A DNA stretch of 64,000 bases from Octopus sinensis. Lineage: Eukaryota. The stretch covers positions 79,918,001-79,982,000 of the forward strand of contig NC_043000.1 in NCBI RefSeq assembly GCF_006345805.1, given 5' to 3'. Position 1 is the first letter of the stretch, and each line of letters begins with the position of its first letter. The notes under the pieces are model-generated. The model was given only the letters and a program-made list of their open reading frames with translations, was not told the DNA's origin and searched no databases. Below are positions 62,772 to 64,000 of the stretch, one piece after another. Position numbers and translations under genes: made by a program.

Positions 62772-64000
62772 TTGTGTTGTCCGGAAAGTTTGTGCCGATT
62801 TATAGTAGCTTACCTTTAGACTTAGTTTAGAACATGGTTGAGTCCATAAAATAGGATTTGACTACACCGCCATTTAGAGCACAGTTTAAGCTATCTTTTC
62901 GTGGAAGAAGGTTTATGTTCCTATAACCTGTGTTCAGTCTGTAACCCTTTAAAATGGAAGATGAGAAAATTCATTTTCGGCACTTGATGCTTTTCTTTTT
63001 CCGTAAAGAGAAAAATGCCTCACAAGCAACCGAAGAAATATGCTCAGTTTACAGTGATGTTTCTTTACCCGAAAGAACTGTATAGAAGTGATTCACAAGG
63101 TTCCAAGCTGGAGATTGTAGTCTTATTGATAAAGAGCGATTAGGCAGACCATCCACTACAGTTGATGACCAAATCAAGTCATTAATTGAGAATAACCTAC
63201 AGTACAGAATTGGCAGAAAACCTCAACCTATCAAAATCCGTCGTTCATGAACACCTGGCAAAGCTTGGGTACACAAATCGCTACGATGTTTGAGTACCAC
63301 ATGAGTTGAGTGAGAAGAAACTTTTGGATTGCATTTCCATCTGTGATTCACTTTATAAACGGAGTGAAAATGCACCTTTTTTAAAGCAAATTGTGAAAGG
63401 TGATGAGAAATGGATTATCTACCGAAATGTTCAGAGAAAGTGATCCTAGAGTAAGTGACATGAGCCACCCTTAGCCACCCCAAAAGCGAGTCTTCACCCT
63501 AAAAAAGTCTTGCTTTGTATCTGGTGGGATTGGAAAGGAATTCTGTTCTATGAGCTTCTCCCTTGTAACCAGACAATTAATTCTGAGAAATACTGCACAC
63601 AACTGACGTGTTAAAAGCAGCAGTTCAAGAGAAACGTCCAGAATTGGCCAACAGGAAGGGTGTTGTTTTCCAACATGATAACGCAAGACCACACGTTTCT
63701 CTGGGAATCAGACAAAAATTGCTACATCTTGGCTGGGATGCGTTACCCAACCCTCCATATTCACAAGATATTGCTCCTTTGGATTTCCACTTATTCAGGT
63801 TTCTGCAGAATAGTCTTAATGGTAAAAATTTCAACTCGTTGGATGATGTAAAATGATACCTTGATGAATTCTTTGCCATGAAACCACCTCAGATCTGGGA
63901 AGAGGGTATTTTCAAGTTAAAGGAAAGATGGAGACTACATTGTGCAACAAAATGGTTCATATTTGGTTGATTAAAAATGCAATGGCAAGTATCTATTGAC
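62772..64000 (+). mobile_element. Defective mariner running off the window; transposase pseudogene 62954-63976
   Basis: TA + ttgtgttgtccggaaagt TIR-like start. MEDEKIHFRHLMLFFF, VPHEL, GDEKWI, WWDWKG, HDNARPH and PPYSQDIAPLDFHLF, with several stops. Confidence 0.93.

Overview
AT-rich animal genomic DNA dominated by microsatellites and decayed transposable elements. The repeat families and composition look like a coleoid cephalopod, most likely Octopus (inference from pattern recognition, no search run). Nearly all ORF-track entries are translations of simple repeats or TE remnants. The only confidently identified host coding sequence is one 86-nt plus-strand exon (49709-49794) encoding the neck/beta-1 motif of a kinesin-14 (KIF25-like) motor, so much of the window is probably intronic. 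TE remnants include two R4/Dong-type RLE retrotransposons sitting in (TAA)n tracts, RTE and CR1-like LINEs, a Penelope-like RT fragment, four mariners, hAT, piggyBac-like and Tc1-like MITEs, a tandem Helitron-like pair, a solo-LTR-like insert and several tRNA-derived SINE families. The main hidden signal is a set of about ten type I hammerhead ribozyme motifs from several unrelated sequence families. Two have intact cores on the plus strand (22938-23027, 43201-43292), and several are linked to fold-back or inverted structures of Penelope pLTR or retrozyme type. Also notable are two tandem arrays built from an RTE 3' UTR (one with a 716-bp ABAB higher-order structure), a CR1-like LINE that appears split by an inversion, and a stack of elements in one TAA microsatellite.
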